64,000 nt of DNA from Eledone cirrhosa. Lineage: Eukaryota. Below are positions 38,640 through 53,860 of this stretch, piece by piece. The notes beneath the pieces are model-generated. The model had not been told where the DNA came from. It saw nothing but the letters and a program-made list of their open reading frames with translations, and did no database searches. The DNA is taken from positions 409,014,001-409,078,000 of the forward strand of contig OZ024741.1 of the NCBI GenBank assembly GCA_964016885.1. Direction: 5' to 3'. Within the stretch, counting starts at the first letter, position 1. Each line of letters begins with the position of its first letter. The translations under genes were made by a program, and so were the position numbers.

Positions 38640-41600
38640 AGACTGTGTACCTATTTTAAAAGGGAGACTGCACCTATTTTAAAAGGGAGATTGTACCTAT
38701 TTTAAAAGGAAGACTGTACCTATTTTAGAAGGAAGACTGTACCTATTTTAAAAGGAAGACTGTGTACCTATTTTAAAAGGAAGACTGTACCTATTTCAAA
38801 AGGAAGACTATGTACCTATTTTAAAAGGGAGACTGTGTACCTATTTTAAGAGGAAGAAGATACCTATTTTAAAAGGAAGACCGTGTACCTATTTTAAAAG
38901 GGAGACTGTACCTATTTTAAAAGGAAGACTGTACCTATTTTAAAAGGAAGACTGTACATATTTTAAAAGGAAGACTGTGTACCTATTTTAAAAGGGAGAC
39001 TGTGTACCTATTTTAAAAGGAAGACTGTACCTATTTTAAAAGGAAGACTGTACCTATTTTAAAAGGAAGACTGTACCTATTTTAAAAAGAAGACTGTACC
39101 TATTTTAAAAGGAAGACTGTACCTATTTTAAAAGGAAGATTGTGTACCTATTTTAAAAGAGAGACTGTACCTATCTTAAAAGGAAGACTGTACTTATTTT
39201 AAAAGGAAGACTGTACCTATTTTAAAAGGGAGACTGTGTACCTATTTTAAAAGGGAGACTGTACCTATTTTAAAAGGAAGACTGTGTACCTGTTTTAAAA
39301 GGGAGACTGTACCTATTTTAAAAGGGAGACTCTACCTATTTTAAAAGGAAGACTCTACCTATTTTAAAAGGAAGACTGTACCTATTTTAAAAGGAAGACT
39401 GTACCTATTTTAAAAGGGAGACTGTGTACCTATTTTAAAAGGGAGACTGTACCTATTTTAAAAGGAAGACTGTGTACGTATTTTAAGAGGAAGCAGATAC
39501 CTATTTTAAAAGGAAGACTGTGTACCTATTTTAAAAGGGAGACTGTACCTATTTTAAAAGGAAGACTCTACATATTTTAAAAGGAAGACTGTGTACCTAT
39601 TTTAAAAGGGAGACTGCACCTATTTTAAGAGGGAGACTGTACCTATTTTAAAAGGAAGACTGTACCTATTTTAAAAGGAAGACTGTACCTATTTTAAAAG
39701 GAAGACTGTGTACTTATTTTAAAAGGAAGACTGTGTACCTATTTGAAAAGGGAGACTATGTACCTATTTTAAGAGGAAGCAGATACCTATTTTAAAAGGA
39801 AGACTGTGTACCTATTTTAAAAGGGAGACTGTACCTATTTTAAAAGGAAGACTGTATCTATTTTAAAAGGAATACTGTACCTATTTTAAAAGGAAGACTG
39901 TGTACCTATATTAAAAGGGAGACTGTGTACGTATTTTAAAAGGAAGACTGTGTACCTATTTTAAAAGGGAGACTTACCTATTTTAAAAGGAAGACTGTAC
40001 CTATTTTAAAAGGAAGACTGTACCTATTTTAAAAGGAAGACTGTGTACCTATTTTAAAAGGGAGACTGTACCTATTTTAAAAGGAAGACTCTACCTATTT
40101 TAAAAGGAAGACTGTACCTATTTTAAAAGGAAGACTCTACCTATTTTAAAAGGAAGACTGTACCTATTTTAAAAGGAAGACTGTGTACCTATTTTAAAAG
40201 GAAGACTGTACCTATTTTAAAAGGAAGACTGTACCTATTTTAAAAAGAAGACTGTACCTATGTTAAAAGGAAGACTGTACCTATTTTAAAAGGAAGATTG
40301 TGTACCTATTTTAAAAGAGAGACTGTACCTATCTTAAAAGGAAGACTGTACTTATTTTAAAAGGAAGACTGTACCTATTTTAAAAGGGAGACTGTGTACC
40401 TATTTTAAAAGGGAGACTGTACCTATTTTAAAAGGAAGACTGTGTACCTGTTTTAAAAGGGAGACTGTACCTATTTTAAAAGGGAGACTCTACCTATTTT
40501 AAAAGGAAGACTGTACCTATTTTAAAAGGAAGACTGTACCTATTTTAAAAGGAAGACTGTGTACCTATTTTAAAAGGAAGGCTGTGTACCTATTTTAAAA
40601 GGGAGACTATGTACCTATTTTAAGAGGAAGCAGATACCTATTTTAAAAGGAAGACTGTGTACCTATTTTAAAAGGGAGACTGTACCTATTTTAAAAGGAA
40701 GACTGTGTACCTATTTTAAAAGGAATACTGTACCTATTTTAAAAGGAAGACTGTGTACCTATATTAAAACGGAGACTGTGTACGTATTTTAAAAGGAAGA
40801 CTGTGTACCTATTTTAAAAGGGAGACTTACCTATTTTAAAAGGAAGACTGTACCTATTTTAAAAGGAAGACTGTACCTATTTTAAAAGGAAGACTGTGTA
40901 CCTATTTTAAAAGGGAGACTGTACCTATTTTAAAAGGAAGACTCTACCTATTTTAAAAGGAAGACTGTACCTATTTTAAAAGGAAGACTGTGTACCTATT
41001 TTAAAAGGGAGACTGCACCTATTTTAAAAGGGAGATTGTACCTATTTTAAAAGGAAGACTGTACCTATTTTAGAAGGAAGACTGTACCTATTTTAAAAGG
41101 AAGACTGTGTACCTATTTTAAAAGGAAGACTGTACCTATTTCAAAAGGAAGACTATGTACCTATTTTAAAAGGGAGACTGTGTACCTATTTTAAGAGGAA
41201 GAAGATACCTATTTTAAAAGGAAGACCGTGTACCTATTTTAAAAGGGAGACTGTACCTATTTTAAAAGGAAGACTGTACCTATTTTAAAAGGAAGACTGT
41301 ACATATTTTAAAAGGAAGACTGTGTACCTATTTTAAAAGGGAGACTGTGTACCTATTTTAAAAGGAAGACTGTACCTATTTTAAAAGGAAGACTGTACCT
41401 ATTTTAAAAGGAAGACTGTACCTATTTTAAAAAGAAGACTGTACCTATTTTAAAAGGAAGACTGTACCTATTTTAAAAGGAAGATTGTGTACCTATTTTA
41501 AAAGAGAGACTGTACCTATCTTAAAAGGAAGACTGTACTTATTTTAAAAGGAAGACTGTACCTATTTTAAAAGGGAGACTGTGTACCTATTTTAAAAGGG

Positions 41601-43330
41601 AGACTGTACCTATTTTAAAAGGAAGACTGTGTACCTGTTTTAAAAGGGAGACTGTACCTATTTTAAAAGGGAGACTCTACCTATTTTAAAAGGAAGACTC
41701 TACCTATTTTAAAAGGAAGACTGTACCTATTTTAAAAGGAAGACTGTACCTATTTTAAAAGGGAGACTGTGTACCTATTTTAAAAGGGAGACTGTACCTA
41801 TTTTAAAAGGAAGACTGTGTACGTATTTTAAGAGGAAGCAGATACCTATTTTAAAAGGAAGACTGTGTACCTATTTTAAAAGGGAGACTGTACCTATTTT
41901 AAAAGGAAGACTCTACATATTTTAAAAGGAAGACTGTGTACCTATTTTAAAAGGGAGACTGCACCTATTTTAAGAGGGAGACTGTACCTATTTTAAAAGG
42001 AAGACTGTACCTATTTTAAAAGGAAGACTGTACCTATTTTAAAAGGAAGACTGTGTACTTATTTTAAAAGGAAGACTGTGTACCTATTTTAAAAGGGAGA
42101 CTATGTACCTATTTTAAGAGGAAGCAGATACCTATTTTAAAAGGAAGACTGTGTACCTATTTTAAAAGGGAGACTGTACCTATTTTAAAAGGAAGACTGT
42201 ATCTATTTTAAAAGGAATACTGTACCTATTTTAAAAGGAAGACTGTGTACCTATATTAAAAGGGAGACTGTGTACGTATTTTAAAAGGAAGACTGTGTAC
42301 CTATTTTAAAAGGGAGACTTACCTATTTTAAAAGGAAGACTGTACCTATTTTAAAAGGAAGACTGTACCTATTTTAAAAGGAAGACTGTGTACCTATTTT
42401 AAAAGGGAGACTGTACCTATTTTAAAAGGAAGACTCTACCTATTTTAAAAGGAAGACTGTACCTATTTTAAAAGGAAGACTCTACCTATTTTAAAAGGAA
42501 GACTGTACCTATTTTAAAAGGAAGACTGTGTACCTATTTTAAAAGGAAGACTGTACCTATTTTAAAAGGAAGACTGTACCTATTTTAAAAAGAAGACTGT
42601 ACCTATGTTAAAAGGAAGACTGTACCTATTTTAAAAGGAAGATTGTGTACCTATTTTAAAAGAGAGACTGTACCTATCTTAAAAGGAAGACTGTACTTAT
42701 TTTAAAAGGAAGACTGTACCTATTTTAAAAGGGAGACTGTGTACCTATTTTAAAAGGGAGACTGTACCTATTTTAAAAGGAAGACTGTGTACCTGTTTTA
42801 AAAGGGAGACTGTACCTATTTTAAAAGGGAGACTCTACCTATTTTAAAAGGAAGACTGTACCTATTTTAAAAGGAAGACTGTACCTATTTTAAAAGGAAG
42901 ACTGTGTACCTATTTTAAAAGGAAGGCTGTGTACCTATTTTAAAAGGGAGACTATGTACCTATTTTAAGAGGAAGCAGATACCTATTTTAAAAGGAAGAC
43001 TGTGTACCTATTTTAAAAGGGAGACTGTACCTATTTTAAAAGGAAGACTGTGTACCTATTTTAAAAGGAATACTGTACCTATTTTAAAAGGAAGACTGTG
43101 TACCTATATTAAAACGGAGACTGTGTACGTATTTTAAAAGGAAGACTGTGTACCTATTTTAAAAGGGAGACTTACCTATTTTAAAAGGAAGACTGTACCT
43201 ATTTTAAAAGGAAGACTGTACCTATTTTAAAAGGAAGACTGTGTACCTATTTTAAAAGGGAGACTGTACCTATTTTAAAAGGAAGACTCTACCTATTTTA
43301 AAAGGAAGACTGTACCTATTTTAAAAGGAA
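38640..43330 (+). repeat. Tandem duplication, period 2345 bp
   Basis: CGTATTTTAAGAGGAAGCAG 39477/41822, TATGTTAAAA 40261/42606 and AAAACGGAG 40770/43115, all offset by 2345. Confidence 0.9.
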
Positions 43331-45079
43331 GACTGTGTACCTATTTTAAAAGGAAGACTGTACCTATTTTAAAATGAAGACTGTGTACCTGTTTTAAAAG
43401 GGAGACTGTGTACCTATTTTAAAAGGGAGACTGTGTACCTATTTTAAAAGGAAGACTGTACCTATTTTAAAATGAAGACTGTGTACCTGTTTTAAAAGGG
43501 AGACTGTGTACCTATTTTAAAAGGGAGACTGTGTACCTATTTTAAAAGGAAGACTTACCTATTTTAAAAGGAAGACTGTGTACCTATTTTAAAAGGGAGA
43601 CTGTACCTATTTTAAAAGGAAGACTGTGTACGTATTTTAAAAGGGAGACTGTGTACCTATTTTAAAAAGAAGACTGTACCTATTTTAAAAGGAAGACTCT
43701 ACCTATTTTAAAAGGTGACTGTGTACCTATTTTAAAAGGGAGACTGCACCTATTTTAAAAGGGAGATTGTACCTATTTTAAAAGGAAGACTGTACCTATT
43801 TTAGAAGGAAGACTGTACCTATTTTAAAAGGAAGACTGTGTACCTATTTTAAAAGGAAGACTTACCTATTTCAAAAGGAAGACTATGTACCTATTTTAAA
43901 AGGGAGACTGTGTACCTATTTTAAGAGGAAGAAGATACCTATTTTAAAAGGAAGACCGTGTACCTATATTAAAAGGGAGACTGTACCTATTTTAAAAGGA
44001 AGACTGTACCTATTTTAAAAGGAAGACTGTACATATTTTAAAAGGAAGACTGTGTACCTATTTTAAAAGGGAAACTGTGTACCTATTTTAAAAGGAAGAC
44101 TGTACCTATTTTAAAAGGAAGACTGTACCTATTTTAAAAGGAAGACTGTACCTATTTTAAAAAGAAGACTGTACCTATTTTAAAAGGAAGACTGTACCTA
44201 TTTTAAAAGGAACATTGTGTACCTATTTTAAAAGAGAGACTGTACCTATTTTAAAAGGAAGACTGTACTTATTTTAAAAGGAAGACTGTACCTATTTTAA
44301 AAGGGAGACTGTGTACCTATTTTAAAAGGAAGACTGTACCTATTTTAAAAGGAAGACTGTACCTATTTTAAAAAGAAGACTGTACCTATTTTAAAAGGAA
44401 GACTGTACCTATTTTAAAAGGAAGATTGTGTACCTATTTTAAAAGAGAGACTGTACCTATCTTAAAAGGAAGACTGTACTTATTTTAAAAGGAAGACTGT
44501 ACCTATTTTAAAAGGGAGACTGTGTACCTATTTTAAAAGGGAGACTGTACCTATTTTAAAAGGAAGACTGTGTACCTGTTTTAAAAGGGAGACTGTACCT
44601 ATTTTAAAAGGGAGACTCTACCTATTTTAAAAGGAAGACTGTACCTATTTTAAAAGGGAGACTGTACCTATTTTAAAACGAAGACTGTGTACGTATTTTA
44701 AAAGGGAGATGTACCTATTTTAAAAAGAAGACTGTACCTATTTTAAAAGGAAGACTCTACATATTTTAAAAGGAAGACTGTGTACTTATTTTAAAAGGGA
44801 GACTGCACCTATTTTAAAAGGGAGACTGTACCTATTTTAAAAGGAAGACTGTACCTATTTTAAAAGGAAGACTGTACCTATTTTAAAAGAAGACTGTGTA
44901 CTTATTTTAAAAGGAAGACTGTGTACCTATTTTAAAAGGGAGACTATGTACCTATTTTAAGAGGAAGCAGATACCTATTTTAAAAGGAAGACTGTGTACC
45001 TATTTTAAAAGGGAGACTGTACCTATTTTAAAAGGAAGACTGTATCTATTTTAAAAGGAATACTGTACTTATTTTAAAA

Positions 45080-46830
45080 GGAAGACTGTACCTATTTTAA
45101 AAAGAAGACTGTACCTATTTTAAAAGGAAGACTGTACCTATTTTAAAAGGAAGATTGTGTACCTATTTTAAAAGAGAGACTGTACCTATTTTAAAAGGAA
45201 GACTGTACTTATTTTAAAAGGAAGACTGTACCTATTTTAAAAGGGAGACTGTGTACCTATTTTAAAAGGGAGACTGTACCTATTTTAAAAGGAAGACTGT
45301 GTACCTGTTTTAAAAGGGAGACTGTACCTATTTTAAAAGGGAGACTGTACCTATTTTAAAAGGGAGACTGTACCTATTTTAAAAGGAAGACTGTACCTAT
45401 TTTAAAAGGAAGACTGTGTACCTATTTTAAAAGGAAGGCTGTGTACCTATTTTAAAAGGGAGACTATGTACCTATTTTAAGAGGAAGCAGATACCTATTT
45501 TAAAAGGAAGACTGTGTACCTATTTTAAAAGGGAGACTGTACCTATTTTAAAAGGAAGACTGTATCTATTTTAAAAGGAAGACTGTACCTATTTTAAAAG
45601 GAAGACTGTGTACCTATATTAAAAGGGAGACTGTGTACGTATTTTAAAAGGAAGACTGTGTACCTATTTTAAAAGGGAGACTTACCTATTTTAAAAGGAA
45701 GACTGTACCTATTTTAAAAGGAAGACTGTACCTATTTTAAAAGGGAGACTGTGTACCTATTTTAAAAGGGAGACTGTGCCTATTTTAAAAGGAAGACTCT
45801 ACATATTTTAAAAGGAAGACTGTGTACCTATTTTAAAAGGGAGACTGCACCTATTTTAAGAGGGAGACTGTACCTATTTTAAAAGGAAGACTGTACCTAT
45901 TTTAAAAGGAAGACTGTACCTATTTTAAAAGGAAGACTGTGTACTTATTTTAAAAGGAAGACTGTACCTATTTTAAAAAGAAGACTGTACCTATTTTAAA
46001 AGGAAGACTGTACCTATTTTAAAAGGAAGATTGTGTACCTATTTTAAAAGAGAGACTGTACCTATTTTAAAAGGAAGACTGTACTTATTTTAAAAGGAAG
46101 ACTGTACCTATTTTAAAAGGGAGACTGTGTACCTATTTTAAAAGGGAGACTGTACCTATTTTAAAAGGAAGACTGTGTACCTGTTTTAAAAGGGAGACTG
46201 TACCTATTTTAAAAGGGAGACTGTACCTATTTTAAAAGGGAGACTGTACCTATTTTAAAAGGAAGACTGTACCTATTTTAAAAGGAAGACTGTGTACCTA
46301 TTTTAAAAGGAAGGCTGTGTACCTATTTTAAAAGGGAGACTATGTACCTATTTTAAGAGGAAGCAGATACCTATTTTAAAAGGAAGACTGTGTACCTATT
46401 TTAAAAGGGAGACTGTACCTATTTTAAAAGGAAGACTGTATCTATTTTAAAAGGAAGACTGTACCTATTTTAAAAGGAAGACTGTGTACCTATATTAAAA
46501 GGGAGACTGTGTACGTATTTTAAAAGGAAGACTGTGTACCTATTTTAAAAGGGAGACTTACCTATTTTAAAAGGAAGACTGTACCTATTTTAAAAGGAAG
46601 ACTGTACCTATTTTAAAAGGGAGACTGTGTACCTATTTTAAAAGGGAGACTGTGCCTATTTTAAAAGGAAGACTCTACATATTTTAAAAGGAAGACTGTG
46701 TACCTATTTTAAAAGGGAGACTGCACCTATTTTAAGAGGGAGACTGTACCTATTTTAAAAGGAAGACTGTACCTATTTTAAAAGGAAGACTGTACCTATT
46801 TTAAAAGGAAGACTGTGTACTTATTTTAAA
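45080..46830 (+). repeat. Tandem duplication, period 876 bp
   Basis: CTGTGCC at 45778 and 46654, with the same order of flanking variants (GGAAGGCT, GAAGCAGATA, TGTATCT, TTAAGAGGGAG). Confidence 0.8.
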
Positions 46831-49800
46831 AGGAAGACTGTGTACCTATTTGAAAAGGGAGACTATGTACCTATTTTAAGAGGAAGCAGATACCTATTTT
46901 AAAAGGAAGACTGTGTACCTATTTTAAAAGGGAGACTGTACCTATTTTAAAAGGAAGACTGTATCTATTTTAAAAGGAAGACTGTACCTATTTTCAAAGA
47001 GAGACTGTACCTATTTTAAAAGGAAGACTGTACTTATTTTAAAAGGAAGACTGTACCTATTTTAAAAGGGAGACTGTGTACCTATTTTAAAAGGGAGACT
47101 GTACCTATTTTAAAAGGAAGGCTGTGTACCTGTTTTAAAAGGGAGACTGTACATATTTTAAAAGGGAGACTGTACCTATTTTAAAAGGGAGACTGTACGT
47201 ATTTTAAAAGGAAGACTGTGTACCTATTTTAAAAGGGAGACTTACCTATTTTAAAAGGAAGACTGTACCTATTTTAAAAGGAAGACTGTACCTATTTTAA
47301 AAGGAAGACTGTGTACCTATTTTAAAAGGGAGACTGTACCTATTTTAAAAGGAAGACTCTACCTATTTTAAAAGGAAGACTGTACCTATTTTAAAAGGAA
47401 GACTGTGTACCTATTTTAAAAGGGAGACTTACCTATTTTAAAAGGAAGACTGTACCTATTTTAAAAGGAAGACTGTACCTATTTTAAAAGGAAGACTGTG
47501 TACCTATTTTAAAAGGAAGACTGTACCTATTTTAAAAGGAAGACTGTACCTATTTTAAAAAGAAGACTGTACCTATGTTAAAAGGAAGACTGTACCTATT
47601 TTAAAAGGAAGATTGTGTACCTATTTTAAAAGAGAGACTGTACCTATCTTAAAAGGAAGACTGTACTTATTTTAAAAGGAAGACTGTACCTATTTTAAAA
47701 GGGAGACTGTGTACCTATTTTAAAAGGGAGACTGTACCTATTTTAAAAGGAAGACTGTGTACCTGTTTTAAAAGGGAGACTTACCTATTTTAAAAGGAAG
47801 ACTGTACCTATTTTAAAAGGAAGACTGTACCTATTTTGAAAGGAAGACTGTGTACCTATTTTAAAAGGGAGACTGTACCTATTTTAAAAGGAAGACTCTA
47901 CCTATTTTAAAAGGAAGACTGTACCTATCTTAAAAGGAAGACTGTGTACCTATTTTAAAAGGAAGACTGTACCTATTTTAAAATGAAGACTGTGTACCTG
48001 TTTTAAAAGGGAGACTGTGTACCTATTTTAAAAGGGAGACTGTGTACCTATTTTAAAAGGAAGAATTACCTATTTTAAAAGGAAGACTGTGTACCTATTT
48101 TAAAAGGGAGACTGTACCTATTTTAAAAGGAAGACTGTGTACGTATTTTAAAAGGAAGACTGTGTACCTATTTTAAAAGGAAGACTCTACCTATTTTAAA
48201 AGGAAGACTGTGTACCTATTTTAAAAGGGAGACTGCACCTATTTTAAAAGGGAGATTGTACCTATTTTAAAAGGAAGACTGTACCTATTTTAGAAGGAAG
48301 ACTGTACCTATTTTAAAAGGAAGACTGTGTACCTATTTTAAAAGGAAGACTGTACCTATTTCAAAAGGAAGACTATGTACCTATTTTAAAAGGGAGACTG
48401 TGTACCTATTTTAAGAGGAAGAAGATACCTATTTTAAAAGGAAGACCGTGTACCTATTTTAAAAGGGAGACTGTACCTATTTTAAAAGGAAGACTGTACC
48501 TATTTTAAAAGGAAGACTGTACCTATTTTAAAAGGAAGACTGTACCTATTTTAAAAGGGAGACTGTGTACCTATTTTAAAAGGGAGACTGTACCTATTTT
48601 AAAAGGAAGACTGTGTACGTATTTTAAAAGGGAGATGTACCTATTTTAAAAAGAAGACTGTACCTATTTTAAAAGGAAGACTCTACATATTTTAAAAGGA
48701 AGACTGTGTACTTATTTTAAAAGGGAGACTGCACCTATTTTAAGAGGGAGACTGTACCTATTTTAAAAGGAAGACTGTACCTATTTTAAAAGGAAGACTG
48801 TACCTATTTTAAAAGGAAGACTGTGTACTTATTTTAAAAGGAAGACTGTGTACCTATTTTAAAAGGGAGACTATGTACCTATTTTAAGAGGAAGCAGATA
48901 CCTATTTTAAAAGGAAGACTGTGTACCTATTTTAAAAGGAAGACTGTATCTATTTTAAAAGGAATACTGTACCTATTTTAAAAGGAGGACTGTGTACCTA
49001 TATTAAAAGGGAGACTGTGTACGTATTTTAAAAGGAAGACTGTGTACCTATTTTAAAAGGGAGACTTACCTATTTTAAAAGGAAGACTGTACCTATTTTA
49101 AAAGGAAGACTGTATCTATTTTAAAAGGAAGACTGTGTACCTATTTTAAAAGGGAGACTGTACCTATTTTAAAAGGAAGACTCTACCTATTTTAAAAGGA
49201 AGACTGTACCTATTTTAAAAGGAAGACTTACCTATTTCAAAAGGAAGACTATGTACCTATTTTAAAAGGGAGACTGTGTACCTATTTTAAGAGGAAGAAG
49301 ATACCTATTTTAAAAGGAAGACTGTGTACCTATTTTAAAAGGGAGACTGCACCTATTTTAAAAGGGAGATTGTACCTATTTTAAAAGGAAGACTGTACCT
49401 ATTTTAGAAGGAAGACTGTACCTATTTTAAAAGGAAGACTGTATACCTATTTTAAAAGGAAGACAATACCTATTTTAAAATGAAGGCTGTGTACCTGTTT
49501 TAAAAGGGAGACTGTGTACCTATTTTAAAAGGGAGACTCTGTACCTATTTTAAAAGGGAGACTGTGTACCTATTTTAAATGGAAGACTGTACCTATTTGA
49601 AAAGGAAGACTCTACCTATTTTAAAAGGAAGACTGTATCTATTTTAAAAAGAAGACTGTACCTATTTTAAATGGAAGACTGTACCTATTTTAAAAGGAAG
49701 ATTGTGTACCTATTTTAAAAGAGAGACTGTACCTATTTTAAAGGGAAGACTGTACTTATTTTAAAAGGAAGACTGTACCTATTTTAAAAGGGAGACTGTG

Positions 49801-52800
49801 TACCTATTTTAAAAGGGAGACTGTACCTATTTTAAAAGGAAGTCTGTGTACCTATTTTAAAAGGGAGACTCTACCTATTTTAAAAGGAAGACTGTACCTA
49901 TTTTAAAAGGAAGACTGTACCTATTTTAAAAGGAAGACTGTGTACCTATTTTAAAAGAGAGACTGTACCTATTTTAAAAGGAAGACTGTACTTATTTTAA
50001 AAGGAAGACTGTACCTATTTTAAAAGGGAGACTGTGTACCTATTTTAAAAGGGAGACTGTACCTATTTTAAAAGGAAGACTGTGTACCTGTTTTAAAAGG
50101 GAGACTGTACCTATTTTAAAAGGGAGACTGTACCTATTTTAAAAGGGAGACTGTACCTATTTTAAAAGGAAGACTGTACCTATTTTAAAAGGAAGACTGT
50201 GTACCTATTTTAAAAGGAAGGCTGTGTACCTATTTTAAAAGGGAGACTATGTACCTATTTTAAGAGGAAGCAGATACCTATTTTAAAAGGAAGACTGTGT
50301 ACCTATTTTAAAAGGGAGACTGTACCTATTTTAAAAGGAAGACTGTATCTATTTTAAAAGGAAGACTGTACCTATTTTAAAAGGAAGACTGTGTACCTAT
50401 ATTAAAAGGGAGACTGTGTACGTATTTTAAAAGGAAGACTGTGTACCTATTTTAAAAGGGAGACTTACCTATTTTAAAAGGAAGACTGTACCTATTTTAA
50501 AAGGAAGACTGTACCTATTTTAAAAGGGAGACTGTGTACCTATTTTAAAAGGGAGACTGTGCCTATTTTAAAAGGAAGACTCTACATATTTTAAAAGGAA
50601 GACTGTGTACCTATTTTAAAAGGGAGACTGCACCTATTTTAAGAGGGAGACTGTACCTATTTTAAAAGGAAGACTGTACCTATTTTAAAAGGAAGACTGT
50701 ACCTATTTTAAAAGGAAGACTGTGTACTTATTTTAAAAGGAAGACTGTGTACCTATTTGAAAAGGGAGACTATGTACCTATTTTAAGAGGAAGCAGATAC
50801 CTATTTTAAAAGGAAGACTGTGTACCTATTTTAAAAGGGAGACTGTACCTATTTTAAAAGGAAGACTGTATCTATTTTAAAAGGAAGACTGTACCTATTT
50901 TCAAAGAGAGACTGTACCTATTTTAAAAGGAAGACTGTACTTATTTTAAAAGGAAGACTGTACCTATTTTAAAAGGGAGACTGTGTACCTATTTTAAAAG
51001 GGAGACTGTACCTATTTTAAAAGGAAGACTGTGTACCTGTTTTAAAAGGGAGACTGTACCTATTTTAAAAGGGAGACTGTACCTATTTTAAAAGGGAGAC
51101 TGTACGTATTTTAAAAGGAAGACTGTGTACCTATTTTAAAAGGGAGACTTACCTATTTTAAAAGGAAGACTGTACCTATTTTAAAAGGAAGACTGTACCT
51201 ATTTTAAAAGGAAGACTGTGTACCTATTTTAAAAGGGAGACTGTACCTATTTTAAAAGGAAGACTCTACCTATTTTAAAAGGAAGACTGTACCTATTTTA
51301 AAAGGAAGACTGTGTACCTATTTTAAAAGGGAGACTTACCTATTTTAAAAGGAAGACTGTACCTATTTTAAAAGGAAGACTGTACCTATTTTAAAAGGAA
51401 GACTGTGTACCTATTTTAAAAGGAAGACTGTACCTATTTTAAAAGGAAGACTGTACCTATTTTAAAAAGAAGACTGTACCTATGTTAAAAGGAAGACTGT
51501 ACCTATTTTAAAAGGAAGATTGTGTACCTATTTTAAAAGAGAGACTGTACCTATCTTAAAAGGAAGACTGTACTTATTTTAAAAGGAAGACTGTACCTAT
51601 TTTAAAAGGGAGACTGTGTACCTATTTTAAAAGGGAGACTGTACCTATTTTAAAAGGAAGACTGTGTACCTGTTTTAAAAGGGAGACTTACCTATTTTAA
51701 AAGGAAGACTGTACCTATTTTAAAAGGAAGACTGTACCTATTTTGAAAGGAAGACTGTGTACCTATTTTAAAAGGGAGACTGTACCTATTTTAAAAGGAA
51801 GACTCTACCTATTTTAAAAGGAAGACTGTACCTATCTTAAAAGGAAGACTGTGTACCTATTTTAAAAGGAAGACTGTACCTATTTTAAAATGAAGACTGT
51901 GTACCTGTTTTAAAAGGGAGACTGTGTACCTATTTTAAAAAGGAGACTGTGTACCTATTTTAAAAGGAAGAATTACCTATTTTAAAAGGAAGACTGTGTA
52001 CCTATTTTAAAAGGGAGACTGTACCTATTTTAAAAGGAAGACTGTGTACGTATTTTAAAAGGAAGACTGTGTACCTATTTTAAAAGGAAGACTCTACCTA
52101 TTTTAAAAGGAAGACTGTGTACCTATTTTAAAAGGGAGACTGCACCTATTTTAAAAGGGAGATTGTACCTATTTTAAAAGGAAGACTGTACCTATTTTAG
52201 AAGGAAGACTGTACCTATTTTAAAAGGAAGACTGTGTACCTATTTTAAAAGGAAGACTGTACCTATTTCAAAAGGAAGACTATGTACCTATTTTAAAAGG
52301 GAGACTGTGTACCTATTTTAAGAGGAAGAAGATACCTATTTTAAAAGGAAGACCGTGTACCTATTTTAAAAGGGAGACTGTACCTATTTTAAAAGGAAGA
52401 CTGTACCTATTTTAAAAGGAAGACTGTACCTATTTTAAAAGGAAGACTGTACCTATTTTAAAAGGGAGACTGTGTACCTATTTTAAAAGGGAGACTGTAC
52501 CTATTTTAAAAGGAAGACTGTGTACGTATTTTAAAAGGGAGATGTACCTATTTTAAAAAGAAGACTGTACCTATTTTAAAAGGAAGACTCTACATATTTT
52601 AAAAGGAAGACTGTGTACTTATTTTAAAAGGGAGACTGCACCTATTTTAAGAGGGAGACTGTACCTATTTTAAAAGGAAGACTGTACCTATTTTAAAAGG
52701 AAGACTGTACCTATTTTAAAAGGAAGACTGTGTACTTATTTTAAAAGGAAGACTGTGTACCTATTTTAAAAGGGAGACTATGTACCTATTTTAAGAGGAA

Positions 52801-53860
52801 GCAGATACCTATTTTAAAAGGAAGACTGTGTACCTATTTTAAAAGGAAGACTGTATCTATTTTAAAAGGAATACTGTACCTATTTTAAAAGGAGGACTGT
52901 GTACCTATATTAAAAGGGAGACTGTGTACGTATTTTAAAAGGAAGACTGTGTACCTATTTTAAAAGGGAGACTTACCTATTTTAAAAGGAAGACTGTACC
53001 TATTTTAAAAGGAAGACTGTATCTATTTTAAAAGGAAGACTGTGTACCTATTTTAAAAGGGAGACTGTACCTATTTTAAAAGGAAGACTCTACCTATTTT
53101 AAAAGGAAGACTGTACCTATTTTAAAAGGAAGACTTACCTATTTCAAAAGGAAGACTATGTACCTATTTTAAAAGGGAGACTGTGTACCTATTTTAAGAG
53201 GAAGAAGATACCTATTTTAAAAGGAAGACTGTGTACCTATTTTAAAAGGGAGACTGCACCTATTTTAAAAGGGAGATTGTACCTATTTTAAAAGGAAGAC
53301 TGTACCTATTTTAGAAGGAAGACTGTACCTATTTTAAAAGGAAGACTGTATACCTATTTTAAAAGGAAGACAATACCTATTTTAAAATGAAGGCTGTGTA
53401 CCTGTTTTAAAAGGGAGACTGTGTACCTATTTTAAAAGGGAGACTCTGTACCTATTTTAAAAGGGAGACTGTGTACCTATTTTAAATGGAAGACTGTACC
53501 TATTTGAAAAGGAAGACTCTACCTATTTTAAAAGGAAGACTGTATCTATTTTAAAAAGAAGACTGTACCTATTTTAAATGGAAGACTGTACCTATTTTAA
53601 AAGGAAGATTGTGTACCTATTTTAAAAGAGAGACTGTACCTATTTTAAAGGGAAGACTGTACTTATTTTAAAAGGAAGACTGTACCTATTTTAAAAGGGA
53701 GACTGTGTACCTATTTTAAAAGGGAGACTGTACCTATTTTAAAAGGAAGTCTGTGTACCTATTTTAAAAGGGAGACTCTACCTATTTTAAAAGGAAGACT
53801 GTACCTATTTTAAAAGGAAGACTGTACCTATTTTAAAAGGAAGACTGTGTACCTATTTTA
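46050..53860 (+). repeat. Tandem duplication, period 3907 bp
   Basis: GCC 46654/50561, TTTTCAAAGAG 46995/50902, GAATTACC 48063/51970, GGAGGAC 48984/52891 and CAATACC 49464/53371, all offset by 3907. Confidence 0.92.
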
